The notes under the pieces: generated by a model | The model's input: the letters and a program-made list of their open reading frames with translations, nothing else | What the model was told of the DNA's origin: nothing | Databases searched by the model: none | Program-made: the position numbers and the translations under genes | Part shown: piece after piece, positions 37,521-51,279 of the stretch | How the letters are laid out: every line of letters starts with the position of its first letter | Numbering within the stretch: position 1 is the first letter of the stretch | Origin: Mobula hypostoma | Lineage: Eukaryota | Assembly: GCF_963921235.1 (NCBI RefSeq) | Contig: NC_086097.1 | Location: 205,470,001 to 205,534,000, forward strand | DNA length: 64,000 nucleotides | Direction of reading: 5' to 3'

Positions 37521-39785
37521 CAGAATCAGAATCAGGTTTATTATCATCAGCATGTGACATGAAATTTGTTAACATAGCAGCAGCAGTTCAATGCAATACA
37601 TAATCTCTCAGAGAAAAATAATAATAATAAATAAAATAAAAAATAAATAATCAAGTAAATAAATTATGAATATTGAATAGATTTTTTAATGTCCATTTAG
37701 GAATCAGATGCCAGAGGGGAAGAAGCTGTTCTTGTATGGCTGAGTGTGTGCCTTCAGGCTTCTGTACCTCCTACCTGATGGTAACGGTGAGAAAAGGACA
37801 TGCCCTGGGTGCTGGAGGTCCTTAATAATGGATGCTGCCTTTCTGAGGCACTGCTCCCTGAAGATGTCCTGGTACTTTGTAGGCTAGTGCCCAAGATGGA
37901 GCTGACTAGATTTACAACCTTCTGCAGCTTCTTTTGGTCCTGTGCAGTAGCCCCTCCATGACAGACACTGATGCAGCCTGTCAGAATGCTCTCCACGGCA
38001 CGTCTATAGAAGGTTTTGAGTGTATTTTTTGATATGCCAAATCTCTTCAAACTCCTAATAAAGTATAGCCACTGTCTTGCCTTCTTTATAACTACATCGA
38101 TATGTTGGGACCAGGTCAGATCCTCAGAGATCTTGACACCCAGGAAATAGAAGCTGCTCATTCTCTCCACTTCTGTTCCCTCTATGAGGTTGGTATGTGT
38201 TTCTTCATCTTACCCTTCCTGAAGTCTACAATAAGCTCTTTCGTCTTACTGGCGTTGAGTGCCAGGTTGTTGCTGCAGCACCACTCCACTAGTTGGCATA
38301 TCTCACTCCTGTACGCTCTCTTGTCACCACCTGAGGTTCCACTAACAAAGGTTGTATCATCAGCAAATTTATAGATGGTATTTGAGCTGTGCCTAGCCAC
38401 ACAGTCATGTGTATCTAGAGAGTAGAGCAGTGGGCTAAGCACACACCCCTGAGGTGCGCCAGTATTGATCGTCAGCGAGGAGGATATGTTATCACCAATC
38501 CGCACAGATTGTGGTCTTCCAGTTAGGAAGTCAAGGATCCAATTGCAGAGGGAGGTACAGAGGCCCAGATTCAGCAACTTCTCAATCAGGATTGTGGGAA
38601 TGATGGTATTAAATGCTGAGCTATATTCGATGAACAGCATCCTGACGTAGGTCTTCATATTGTCCAGGTAGTCTAAAGCCGTGTGGAGAGCCATTGAGAT
38701 TGCATCTCCCATTGACCTATTGTGGCAATAGGCAAACTGCAATGAGTCCAGGTCCTTGCTGAGGCAGGAGTTCAGTCTAGTCATGACCAACCTCTCAAAG
38801 CATTTCATCACTGTTGATGAGAGTGCTACTGGGAGAAAGTCATTAAGGCAGCCCACATTATTCTTCGTAAGAACTGGTATAATTGTTGCCTTTCTGAAGC
38901 AAGTAGGAACTTCTGCCCGTAGCAGAGAGAGGTTGAAAATGTCCTTGAATACTCCCACTATTTGATTGGCAGAGGTTTTCAGAGCCTTACCAGCTACTCT
39001 ATCAGGACCTTCTGCCTTGCGAGGGTTCACTCTCTTTAAAGACAGGCTAACATCAGCCTCTGAGATGGAGATCACAGGGTCATCAGGTACAGCAGGGATC
39101 TTCACAGCTGTAGTTGTGTTCTCCTTTTCAAAGCATGCATAGAAGGTGTTGAATTCATCTGGTAGTGAAGCATCACTGCCATTCATGCTACTGGGTTTCG
39201 CTTTGTAGGAAATAATGTCTTGCAGACCTTGCCAGATTTACCCTGCTTCCGATGTCGCTTCTAACCTCATTTGAAATTGTCTCTTCATTCTTGAAGTAGC
39301 CCTCCACAAATTATACCTGTTTTTCTAGTGCAGGCCTGGGTTGCCAGACTTGAAAGCCACAGATCCAGCCTTCAGCAGACAACGTACCTCCTGGTTCATC
39401 TGCGGCTTTTGGTTTGGGAATGTACAGTAAGTCTTTGTGGGCACACACTTATCCACACAGGTCTTAATGAAGTCAATAACAACTGCAGCATACTCATCCA
39501 GGTTCGAAGATGAATCCCTGAATACAGTCCAGTCCACCAATTTAAAGCAGTCCTGTAGACGCTCCTGTGCTTCCCTTGTCCATACCTTCTTGTTCCTCAC
39601 TGCTGGTGCTGCAGTCTTCAGTCTCTGCATATACTCAGAGAGTAGAAGTACAGCCAGGTGATCAGACTTTCCGAAGGAGGGTGTGGAATAGCACAGTAGG
39701 CATTCTTGATGGTGGTGTAGCAATCCTCCAGTGTGTTGTTTCCTCTAGTATGGCAAGTGATCTTTTGATGGCAGTTGCTTAGTGA
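37521..39785 (-). mobile_element. Rex1/Babar-like LINE, EN C-terminus plus RT plus 3' end
   Basis: FGKSDH, 334-aa RT ORF with GAPQGCVLSP and KFADD; (GATTCT)n tail at 37521. Confidence 0.95.
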
Positions 39786-40432
39786 TGGCAGAAGACACGG
39801 GACAAAGTGCATTAAAGGAAGGAAAACTATTTTCAAGGTAAATTATCTTCTTTCTGTTTTACTCACAGTGGTTGTCTTTCTCTCTTTAGGACAGCTCATA
39901 CATAATGGAAGATCTTCCTTAATGCTCGGCTGCTGATATCTATAAGATATTAGAAATTTGTGTGTTAATTAACTTACAATGAGCTCTGTTGACCTGAGGT
40001 CATTATACTTCATTCTTATATTCAATGTCCTAATGAACTAAGATGTGAATGCTTGAGTCCAATTTACCTCCCGTACCTACTAAAGTGGTCCCTGAGTATA
40101 TGTTCATGGTCATCTGCTGCTGTAGCTGATTCATTTCAAGAGTTCAGCATCTTGTGCTTTCTGAGATCCTGTTCTGCACACCTCTATTGTAACAAATGGT
40201 AATCTGAGTTACTGTCACCTTCCTGTCAGCTTGCACCAGGCTAGGCATTCTCCTCTTCCCTCTCTCACTAGCAAGGTGTTTTCACGCACAGAATTGCAGC
40301 TGATTTTTGTTTATCGCACTATTCTGTTTAAACCCTAGATACTGTTGGCACCAGCAGTCATTCCATGGTCAGAATCTCTTAGATCACATTTCTTCCCCAC
40401 TCTGATGTTTGGTCTGAACAACAACTGAACCT

Positions 40433-43360
40433 CAACACATACAAAACACTGGAGGAACTCAGCAGGTTAGACAGCATCTATGGAAATTAATGAACATCAG
40501 CATTTCAGGCTGAGACCCTTCTTCAGGACTGGAAGGGAAGGGGGAAGATTAGATTATGAGGACACGCAGTCCTCTTTTATTGTCATTTAGTAATGCATGT
40601 ATTAAGAAATGATACAATATTCCTCCGGTGTGATATCACAGAAACACAGAACAGACCAAGACTGAAAAACTAGCAAAAAACACATAATTGTAATATATAG
40701 TTACAACAGTGCAATAATACCATAACTTGATGAAGAACAGTCCATGAGCTCAGTAAAAAGTTCAAAGTCTCTCGAAAGTCCCACATCTCACGCAGACGGG
40801 AGAAGGAAGAAAACTCTCTCTGCCATACCCGACCACTGTCCAACTCTGAGTCGTCTGAAAACTTCGAACTCCAATCAGCCCTCTGACACCGAGTACCAAG
40901 CACCATTTCTGCCGAACACTTCGACCTCAGCCTCGGTCGCTAGCAGCAGGCAAAGCTGGGGATTTTGGGGCCTTCCCTCCAGAGATTCTCAATCGCACAG
41001 TAGCAGCAGCAGTGAACCGGGCATTTCAGAAATTTCTCCAGATGTTCCTCTGCTTCTCACGTCTGTCTCCATCAAATCAGAATTGTGCATGGCATCCTAC
41101 TTACAAATACCGATATCATTTCACCGGAGAGCTGTGCGCGCTGCGTCGCGCCGCCATCTTCTCCTCCCGCCTTCTCATGGAATGACTGCTGTTGCCAGAA
41201 TCAAAAGGTGGAGGGAGGAAAAGAAGGATTAGCTAGTTGGTGATAGGTGAAGCCAGGTGGGTGGGAAAGGTAAGGGGATGGAGATGAAGGAATCTGATAG
41301 AAGAGGAGAGAGGATCATGGGAGAAAGAGAAAAAGCAACTACAACAGAGGGAGGTGAGGAGAAATAGTAAGAATCCAGAATGGGGATTTGAAGAGGATAG
41401 AGGGAGGAAAAAAATTACTTGGAGAGGAAGGGGGCAATTACCAGAAGTTCAAGAAATTGCTGTTCATGTCATCAAGTTGGAGGCTACCTAGATGGAGTAT
41501 CAGGAGTTGCTCTTTCATCTTGAGAGTGGCCTCACCATGGCAAAAGAGGAAACCACGGACCAAGATGTCAAAATGGGAATGGGAATAGGAGTTAAAATAT
41601 TTGGCCATCGGGAAATTCTGTTTTTGGTGGCTGGAACGGAGGTGCTCAAAAAGGCAGTACCCCAACTTGCGTCAGGTCTCGCCAATGTAGAGGAGGCCAC
41701 ATCAGGAGCACTGGATACAATAGATAACTCCAACAGATTCAAAGCCTCACCTGGAAGGACTGCTTGGGGCCTTGAATGGAGGTAAGGGAGGAGGTGAATG
41801 GGCAGGTGTAGCATTTCTATCACTTGCAGGGATATGTGCCAAGAGGAGATTAGTGTGGAGGGACAAATGGACAAGGGAATCATGAAGGGAGTGATGCCCC
41901 CCAGAAAGCAGAAAGTAGGAAGGGAGGTAAAGTAGTGTTTGATAGTAGGATCCCTTTGAACATGGTGGAATAATGTGTTGAATGCAGAGGCTCATGAGGT
42001 GGTAGGTGAGACAAGAGGAGCTCTATCACTGTTAAGGCAGTTAGAAGATGGGGTGAGCATGGATGTCTGGGAAATGGAAAAGATATGGATAAGGGCAGCA
42101 TCAATGGTGGAGAAAGGGAAACCCTACTTTTTGAAGAAGGAGAGCATCTCTGATATCCTGAAAAGCAAAGCCTCACCCTGGGAACAGATATGACAGAATC
42201 GAAGGAACTGAGAAAAGGGAACACATTTTAAAGCAGTCAGGGTGGAAAGAGGTATAGGCAAGTTAGCCATGGGAATCAGTAGATTTATATAAAAATTTGG
42301 TAGATAGTTTGTCTCCCGAGATGGAGACAGGAAAGGAAGAGAGTTTTCAGAAATGGACCAAATTAATTTAAGGGCAGGGTGGAAGTTAGAGGCAAAGTTG
42401 ATGACATTGACGAGTTCAGCATGGGTGCATGAAGCAGCACCAATGCCATTGTCAACACAGTGCCGGAAGTGTTGGGGAGCATTACGAGGGAAGGCTTGTA
42501 ACATGGACTGTTCTACGGCGCTGAAGGCTGAAGGTGAAATTGTTGAGGGTGAGAACCAGTTCTGCCGGATGTAGGAGGGGAACTATTAGAAGGATCTTTT
42601 GTTGAGAAAGATGAGAAGAGCTTTATGGCCTTTTTGACAAGCAATGAGTTGCACATGGACTGGATAACCATGGTGAAAATGAGGTGGTCAGGGCCAAGGA
42701 ACTGAAAGTTGTTAAGGAGATGGAGAGCATGTGAAGTGTCGCAGATGTAGGTGGGAAGGGACTGAATCGAAGGGGAAGAAAAGAGTTGAGATATGTGGGC
42801 ATGAATCCAGTGGGGCAGGAACGGGCAGAAACAATTGGCTATCCGGACAGTCATGTTTGTGGATCTTGGGTCGGAGGTCAAAATGAGCATTGTGCAGGGT
42901 AAGGGAACTATGAGTTTGGTGGCAATGGATGGGAGCTCCCCAGCGATACTGAGGTTAGTGTTGGTGTCAAAGACAATTATCTGAAGGTCTGGAGTGAGAT
43001 TCTTTTCAAGGGGTAAGTAAGGGGAGGTGTCTGAGAGTTGCCACCTTCCCTCAGCAGGGTAGAGGTCAGTGCACCACACTACAACAACACCTCTTTGTCT
43101 GCAGGTTTGATGGCGAGATTGGGATTGGTGGGGGAAGAGTGAAGGGCAGTGTATTCAGAGGGGTTCAGGTTCAAGGAGAAGCAGGAGTGCTGAAATCGAG
43201 TTGGTTGATGTCTCATCAGTAATTAGAGATGAAAAGATCCAGAACAGGGAGAGAGTCAAAGTTGGTGTCTAAGAACAGGAGGAGGGTTGGAAATGACAGA
43301 CGGAGTCATCAGTACAGGGTGATGGAAGAAGAGCTTGGTGTCGTGGTGGGCACAGAACTC
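40433..43360 (-). mobile_element. Degraded Penelope-like element
   Basis: ASNFHPALK, PFSQFLR and EQLLILHLGSLQ peptides; pLTR at 40433-40550 and 41192-41430. Confidence 0.9.
40552..41171 (-). mobile_element. ~620-bp non-autonomous retroposon, copy 2, nested in the Penelope pLTR
   Basis: Colinear with 8463-9085; GAGGAC-N5-GTCCTC stem-loop next to AATAAA. Confidence 0.75.
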
Positions 43361-45031
43361 ATCTCATCTCTGAGCTTCTCTTTGTGGTAGCTCGTGCTCG
43401 CACTTCATCCCTGGAGTTTTCTTCGGGACAGCAGGGCACTAGCTCACTCAATCAAATGACAGACCGTAAGTCACAGGCTCCAACAGATTGAGAAACAAAA
43501 TTAAGATAAAAAGAGTAAGTAGAAGATGTAGAAAAGCTGAAATGATTGATTATCTGGAAGATATCATCTGACAAATCATCGTTCACTGGCGCCATTTTGA
43601 CCGGAAGTCATGAGCATTAATGAGCAGGTGTACAGATGTACATAATAACTTGGCATTGAATGTATATCTCAATCTTACCTTTGGAGAGGAAAGTCATTGA
43701 GACCATTACATGTATTTTATGCAAACACTTTTGGATTTTTGTGGATACTTAATATTTTTAATCTATTATCTTTTTAAATTGCACTATAAATTTTAAAGAC
43801 CCTTTGCATGAGATAACATCAACTCCCAATGTTGGCAACAGTAAGTTCTCTAAGATTATAATGCTTGTCTACCATGGAAAATAGCTATTTATTCATCAGT
43901 CTTGCACTGTTGGCTTTGTGATAAACACTTTTTATATGTATGAGGAATTGGAGTTACTCTTTCTTCATAGACCCACAAGTTTTCTCCAATGAGAGAATGC
44001 TGTCTTGATTTCAGAATGATTTCATGCAATATCACTTTAGCCTACAAGTAATTAGGAAGACAATAGTATAGTGACTTCCTTTGCAAGAAGATTTATCTAT
44101 AGTAACATGCATGTCTTGTGGTAATTGTACAAGGTCTTCATGAGTATTGTGTACCATAAGTACAGTGTGTGGTTTTGGTATCCTTACCTGCAGAAAGATA
44201 TTCTTGCAGTCAAGGAGCTCTGCGAAGTTTCACCAACTCCAGGATTACAGAACTGTTGCCAGAAGAGGGATTTTCTCAATCAAGCACTAATTTAGAAAAA
44301 TAAGTGGGTGTCGCAATGAACCTACACAGTCAGACTAGATGTAGAAAGGTTGTTTCCAAAGTCTGAGGATTTAAGGACCACCAGTAACAGGATAAGAAAT
44401 ACAGCATTTAAAATTGAAGCAAAGATTTTTTTTTCCCCACCAGAGAGGAGTGAATTCTCTAATACAGATAATATTTGAAGCTAACTTATTAGATAGCTTC
44501 TTTAATGAGTTAAATATAGTAATTAGGGCTTGAGGAATCAAAGGATACAGGGAGAAAGCTAGAATGCACTGAATTTGAAAGATCTGTCATGATGAAAGGT
44601 GGACTACCCTTGAGGTGCCAAGTGTTCTACTCCTGCTCTTAATTCCAGTGATTTTGATGTTTTATATAGCAACAAAGTTATGAGAAATGCATGAGGTGGT
44701 GATGGGATGGGCAGAGGTGGGAGACGGGCATTAGACCACATCAGTATCATTAGCAGACTAATGCATGTTCCTTCACCTTGGGCTAAGATATCACAATTTC
44801 CTTCAATTTAGCCACTGCTGAAATATTGCGAGCTAGAATACTTCTAAGGCTCTGCACAGGTTTGCAGAATTATTTTGCCATCTAATGATATTCCCCTTTC
44901 ATTTTCCCTTTAAGATTTCTTTAAATGAAAAGTTCTTCCCCTCTCATTGCTGTTCCTTTCTGCTCCCAAGTTTGTTTCTGGAACTGTGAATAATAAAACT
45001 TGTAACAGTGGACTGTAAACTATTCCTTTTT

Positions 45032-45892
45032 CTTTCTTTCTTTTTAAATCTTTTTATTGAATAAGTATACAAAAAGGTAAGCCATATAGGCACTAATACA
45101 CTGTTAGAATATAATAAAATTACAGGAGATATTAATACAGAAAAAAAAGTGATACAAACAATGTGATTTAAACATATACTAAGGTAACATAATAGTATAC
45201 TAATTTTTATATATATATCTCAATAGAGAAAAGGAAAAAAAAACCCCAAAAAACCCACCGTGCAACTAAACTAAAAGCAAAGCAAAGCAATGGGCTAACT
45301 TGGAACCAAGTAGAGTTAAAGAACTTAAAATCACGTCCTCAAACCCGACCTCCATTAAAAACAGTAAAAAAAAACAAGAAGGGTATATAAATATGGAGCA
45401 AAAAAGAGAAAAAAAATTACATTAAATGAAAATATTGAATAAAAGATCTCCAGGTCTGTTCAAATTTAACTGAGGAATCATAAAGATTACTTCTAATTTT
45501 CTCTAAGTTCAGGCATAATATCGTCTGAGAAAACCAAAAAAAGGTGGTTGGAGCATTAAGCTCTTTCCAATGTTGTAAGATACATCTTTTCGCCATTCAA
45601 GTAAGAAATGCAATCATTCTACGGGCTGAAGGAGAAAGATTACTGGAAATTTTAGGTAGTCCAAAGATAGCAGTAATAGGGTGAGGAGAGATATCTATAT
45701 TCAATACCTTTGAGATAATATTAAAAATGTCTCTCCAAAAAGTTTCCAGAGTAGGACAAGACCAAAACATATGAGTTAAAGAGGCTATCTGCCCCGGACA
45801 TCTATCACAAAAAGGATTAATATGAGAATAAAAGCGAGCTAATTTATCTTTGGACATATGTGCTCTATGAACAACTTTAAATTGAATTAGGG
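45032..45892 (-). mobile_element. L1-clade LINE 5'-truncated copy
   Basis: CDRC...THMFWSC zinc knuckle; 14-bp TSD AACTATTCCTTTTT at 45018-45031 and 45893-45906, matching the L1 endonuclease TTTT/A site. Confidence 0.9.
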
Positions 45893-47037
45893 AACTATTC
45901 CTTTTTATTGTCAAAATTGAGGCAGAGCTCAAGTGACATGCAAGATCATGATGCTCTACACACAAAAATAAATAACCTTTTACAAAACTGGAGAATTACA
46001 CATAATTGTGCAGCTCACAGTTTATTAACAAAGAGAAAAAGATGTTTTTAAATTACCTGGAAGCATAAATTTGTAAGATATTTTTAAACATATTTACTAT
46101 AAGTATCAGGACTGTTACTTGTTTGATTAATAGGAATAAGCATTTTCTATAACTTTAATTAAATTGTGTGTCTTTTGCTTGCAGTAAATCCACCAGTGTC
46201 AAAGCTGCATTTAGAATCAATGTGAGTGCCATAAAGAAAAATCCTTTTGCAGCAAGAAACCAGTAATCGGGTTTATCATACTCTGAGTGGTTCCATGAAG
46301 ACAATGATTTATCTGTTTTTGGTAACCTTCCTGCTCCCTTTAGAAAAGATAGAGTTCTGCAGTAGCCAGCTACATTTTGAGGCATTAGGCCAGAAAAAGA
46401 AACTCTGGCTGCACGGTTTTAATCATTTAGTCCATAGAAAAGACCTTTAATAGAGGGAACATTCTGTGGATTACTGCCCGGGACAAATTTGTGCTGAATG
46501 ATTCTTTCTGATTTCAGAAACTGGCAGTGTCACAAAAAGCAGAAGTGTCATGTCATCTGAACCACTGCCAATTAGGATGCTCTTTTCCTTCTTTATGTGG
46601 TTGTGATTATTTTGTTCACCTTTTCTGGAGTTCATAACTGATAAGGTCTTGTGGTTTTGCAGACAAGCTATTTCAGACAAGAGGGACTTCATGAATGAAG
46701 TGACAATGTTAAATTCCTTGGTCATATTTCTACGGTATCTTGATCAGCGTTGATCCTTATCCAAAATCACTGAAAATAGAAAACCAGGTCAACAATCTCA
46801 TTTGCCATTGGTGAAGCACTTTTTCTATCTTGCTAAATCTTAACAATGATTAGATTTTAAAAATAGCCCGTGGTTCCAAAGTAATATTGTTTTCTCCCCA
46901 GTACAAAATAAAATGCTACATTAGTTCAACTCACGCGTGCCTAATGCCTTAAAATGGAAACAAGACTTCTGGTCCATCTAATCTGTGCTGACCTGCTTTT
47001 TTCCCATCTAGTCTCATCTACCTGCATGTGGACAATA

Positions 47038-48070
47038 GATTATGAGAACACTCAGTCCTCTTTTATTGTCATTTAGAAATGCGTACATGCATTAAGAAAT
47101 GATACAATGTTTCTCCGGAGTGATTTCACGGAAAACAGGACAAACCAAAGACTAACACTGACAGAACCACATAATTATAACATATAGTTACAGCAGTGCA
47201 AAGCAATACCATAATTTGATGAAGAACAAACCATGGGCACGGTAAAAAAAGTCTCAAAAGTCCCCCAGTCGATCGACTCCTGAGTCCCCGATAGCAGCGG
47301 CAAAAGGGAGAAACTCTTGAGATTCTTCTTCTCACAAGTAGTCACAGAGCAAGAGACAACAAAGAACCCAATTTTTTTAAAAAAGGACCAACACCCAATG
47401 CGCAGAGAGAAAGGGGAAAAAGAACAAACCATGCAAATAATAAAATCAAGCACAGCATTCCGAATCAAATTGAGTCCATATAGCAGCCAGAGTAGGCCCA
47501 TAGCCTCAGTCTCAGTTCACCACGCAGCATGGCACATCGCCGCAAATCTCACAGACATGAAGCGCAAAGCAGCCAGAGCATCAGCCAAAGCAGATGCGCA
47601 GAGAGAGGACTAAACATCATGGAGAGTGAGCAGGATCGGCCCAATCCTTGCCTCTGGTCCCAACACCCTGCCTTTTCAGTCTATCTGAGCCAATGTTTAA
47701 ATTGTCCAAACGCCAGGTCAACTTCTCCTGCCCCCCACACGAGGACCCCGGCCCCGCCACAGCGATAAACTCTGAGCCTGTACACTGCCGCCCAGCCTGA
47801 GATCATACTTCGTCTTTCGAAATTGGCTCCACACTTAGATTGATCCAAGCTCACTCCCAGTTCAGGTGGGCAGTCTCTGAAACTCCTCTGCTCCGACTCC
47901 TTTCTGATTCATTTGCTCCATCTCCATCTTTGAGTCCGTCTCCATCTCAACCATTCCTCAAACTCACTGCAACCCCTTCTCCTCAAGTATGCCGTGTTCT
48001 AACTTTGCAACACACCCACATGGCTCAACGCTCGAGCCAACCTCACCTTTGCTCACTTCTTCATGTTTTG
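47038..48070 (-). mobile_element. Composite insertion whose 3' ~280 bp is related to the 620-bp retroposon family
   Basis: 47038-47315 aligns by eye with 8463-8700 and 40552-40800; the rest is a different repeat; it lies inside CR1 3' sequence. Confidence 0.55.
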
Positions 48071-48798
48071 TGGTGATAGTTTACCATATTACCACAGAAA
48101 GAGTATTATTAATAAGGCATTTAGTCATATTTCTTGCCTTTTGAACCACCATCTTAAACAAGAAGCCTTACCCCTCTCATCCATGTACCTGTCCAATCTT
48201 CTCCTAGATATTGCAATTGAACCTGCAACCATCATTTCCACTAGCACCTCATTCCACACCCATACCACCCCGAGGGAGAAAGTTCCCTCCCAGATTCCTC
48301 CTAAATATCTCACCTTTTATTGTAGACCTATTACCTCTAGTTTTAGTCTCACCTAACTTCAGGGAAAAAAAAATCTGCATCCAATAACCCTATGTATACT
48401 CCTCATAATTTTTGTATACCTGCATTAAATCTTCTGTCCTATGCTCCAGGGTATATAGTCCTAACCAATTCAACCTTTCTCTATAACTCAGGCCCTCAAG
48501 TCCTGGCAACATCCTTGAAAGAGTTCAAAGAAGATTTACAGGATTATTGATATCTTTCTTGTGGTTAAGTGACTGCACATAATACTCCAAATTTAGCCTC
48601 ACCATTGTCTTGTACAACGTCAACATAATGTCCCAATTCCTGAACTCAATACTTTGAATTATGGAGGCCAATATGCCAAAAGCTCTTTTTATGACACTAA
48701 TTACCCGGGACATAACTTTCAAGGAATTATGGATCTGTAATCTCAATCCCTTTATTCTACTGGAGTCCTCAGGGCCCTACCATTCACTGTGTAAGACT

Positions 48799-49405
48799 TC
48801 ACAACACGCTGGAGGAACTCAGCAAGTCAGGCAGCATCCATGGAAAAGATCAATCGAAGTTTCAGGCCGGAACCCTTCATCAGGACTGTAGAGGGAAGGG
48901 GCAGAGGCCCTATAAAGAAGGTGGGGGGAGGGTGGGAAGGAGAAGGCTGGTAGGTTCCAGGTGAAAAACCAGTAAGGGGAAAGATAAGGTGGTGGGGGAG
49001 GTGAAGCAGGGAGGTGATAGGCAGGAAAGGTGAAAAAAGAACAGGGGAAAACACAGTGGGCAGTAGAAGGAAGTGGAACCATGAGGGAGGTGACAGGCAG
49101 CTGGGGGAGGGGGCAGAGTGACATAGGGATAGAAGAAGGGAGGGGGAGGAAATTACTGGAAGTTGGAGAATTCTATGTTCATACCAATGGGCTGGTGACT
49201 ACCTAGACGGTATATGAGGTGCAGCTCATCCGACCTGAGTTTAGCCTCATCATGGCACTAGAGGAGGCCATGTATGGACATATCTGAATGAGAGTGGGAA
49301 GCAGAGTTGAAGTGGGTGGCTACTGGGAGATCCTGTCTGTTGTGGTGGACGGAGCGGAGGTGTAACATCTCATATACCGTCTAGGTAGTCTCCAGCCCCT
49401 TGGTA
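48799..49405 (-). mobile_element. Penelope 3' fragment with a short 5' inversion
   Basis: Same family as 17502-18060; 49364-49405 is the reverse complement of ~49182-49222. Confidence 0.85.
48851..48888 (-). ncRNA. Minimal type I hammerhead ribozyme motif in the Penelope pLTR
   Basis: Minus strand reads CAGUC-CUGAUGA-AGGguuccggCCU-GAAA-CUUC-GAUUG: intact core boxes, stems I and II can pair. Confidence 0.7.
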
Positions 49406-49420
49406 CACTGCAAATAAGAT

Positions 49421-49610
49421 GTCTAAAGCAACACACACAAGAAAGCTATAGGAACTCAGCTGGCCAGGCAGCATCTTTGGAAAAGAGTAAACAGTCGATG
49501 TTTCGGCCAAGACCCTTCATCAAGACTGATGCTGCCTGGCCTGCAGAGTTCCTCCAGCTTTTTGTGTGTGTTACTTTGGATCTCCAGCATCTGCAGATTT
49601 TCATGTGTTG
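49421..49610. mobile_element. Fold-back Penelope-derived mini-element with a hammerhead-like motif in its loop
   Basis: ~47-bp inverted arms; TSD ATAAGAT at 49414-49420 and 49611-49617; UUGAUGA..GAAA-CAUC at 49492-49528 (-). Confidence 0.7.
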
Positions 49611-50980
49611 ATAAGATACCCAGCTCTTTTCTATGAGCTTCTCTACAAAGTCCGGACAGCTCTAAGAATTGTGCTGCAGTTATTTCTGAATATTGCACTC
49701 CAATGAAACTTTGCATTGCCACCTGGTGGCATGCACATTACACCACAGTTATCTCATATCGGGCTGCCTGATCATTTTCTCAAACAAGCCTTCTCACTTG
49801 TTTCGTCAAAGATGCTTTAGTGGCCCAGGAACTCTTAGTAACTTAATGGAAGTTTATTAATTAAAAATAAGCATACTAGAAACAAGATAGTTCAGACTCA
49901 ACTTTCTTAGATTAAAGCAAACTAGACAATGTTATGGACATAAACAAATTAGGTGGATTTAAAAGACAGCTAGATAGATTTCTCCGGAGAGAAGTGATTA
50001 AAAGAGATGGGTAGACAGTTTTAGAATGAAATTGCAATTAAATGAAAGGCAGATCTATTAGGCTAATGATTCAATTTTACTGGGCTTATGCTTCAGGTGC
50101 AAAATGAGCCTCTGAGATTTATAAATGGTTGGCAGGATCAGTCTTTATATATACAAGGAGGGAACAATTAAGCAAAATGAGAGGTGCTTAAGGACATTGG
50201 ATAAAATCCCACCAACAAACCGGGATGGTGTGTTGCCCCCCTGGTGCCAGGCTATGGGCTGTTTCAGATCGGGTCCAGAGTATTCTGAGGAGAGAGGGTG
50301 AACAGCCAGAAGTCTTGGTAAATGTCGGTACCAATGACATAGACAGAAGAAGAGAGGAGGTCCTGAAGGAGCTAGGAAGAAAACTGAAAAGCCAGACCTC
50401 CAGAGTAATAATCTCAGAATTACTGCCTGAGCCACGCGCTAATGAAGGTACGAATAACAGAATTAAGCAGATGAATGTGTGGCTAAGTAACTGGTGCAGG
50501 GAGCAGGGCTTCAAATTCTTGGATCATTGGGATCTATTCTGGGGGAGGTATGACTTATACAAAAATGATGTGTTACACCAGAACTCAAAGGGTACTAATA
50601 TCCTGGTGGGATTGTTTAATATAGCTGTTAGGGAGGGTTTATACTAAGTTGGGAGGGGGAAGGAAACCAGGGTGTTAGGATTGAGGAAGAGGAAAATAGA
50701 AGTAAGTCAAAGATACTGTGCAGCAAAGATGGCAAGACGGACAGGCAGGTGAATAGACCAGATAATTTGCTGTGCGATAGAAATATAGCAAAATCGGTAA
50801 CAGATATTGATCTAAATGTACTGTATTTAAATGCACGCAGCATTAGAGATAAAGTGGATGACCTTGTTGTACAGCTACAGGTTAAACTATATGATATTGT
50901 GGCCATCACCGAGTCATGGCTAAATAATGGATGTGATTGGGAGCTGAATGTCCAAGGATACACAGTGTATAGGAAAGATA

Positions 50981-51279
50981 ATAAAGGCATCCATTAGTCT
51001 TGCGAGACCATGGATCTGCACCTGGAAAATCTTCACTCCAGCTATGTTGTATGGAAGACCAGCAGTTGCCCATGCTGCAAGTCTTCCCTCTCCACAACAC
51101 CAATGTTGTCCAAGGGAAGGGCATTAGGACCCATACAGCTTGGCACCAGTGTCGTCGCAGAGCAATGTGTGATTAAGTGTCTTGCTCAAGGACACAATAC
51201 GTTCCCTCGGTGGGAGTTCGAACTCACGACCTTCAGGTAGCTAGTCTAATGCCTTAACCACTTGGACACGTGCTCACAC
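50981..51279 (-). mobile_element. tRNA-derived SINE with a CORE-like central segment
   Basis: 11-bp TSD TAGGAAAGATA; A box TGTCCAAGTGG; B box GAGTTCGAACT; TGTGTCCTTGAGCAAGACACTTAA resembles the CORE domain. Confidence 0.8.

Larger units (their letters stand above)
40070..43664. mobile_element. Tc1/mariner-type non-autonomous remnant split by the Penelope insertion
   Basis: TIR-like gtacct.ctaaagtgg.cc.tgagta at ~40073 and a degenerate copy at ~43638-43664 ending in TA; recognised from family resemblance only. Confidence 0.5.

Noticed and set aside
46471..46775. Candidate coding exon
   Set aside because: There are stops near the plausible acceptors on both strands and no recognisable peptide.
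51195..51279. tRNA gene
   Set aside because: It is the head of a SINE bounded by a TSD; a full cloverleaf is not supported.
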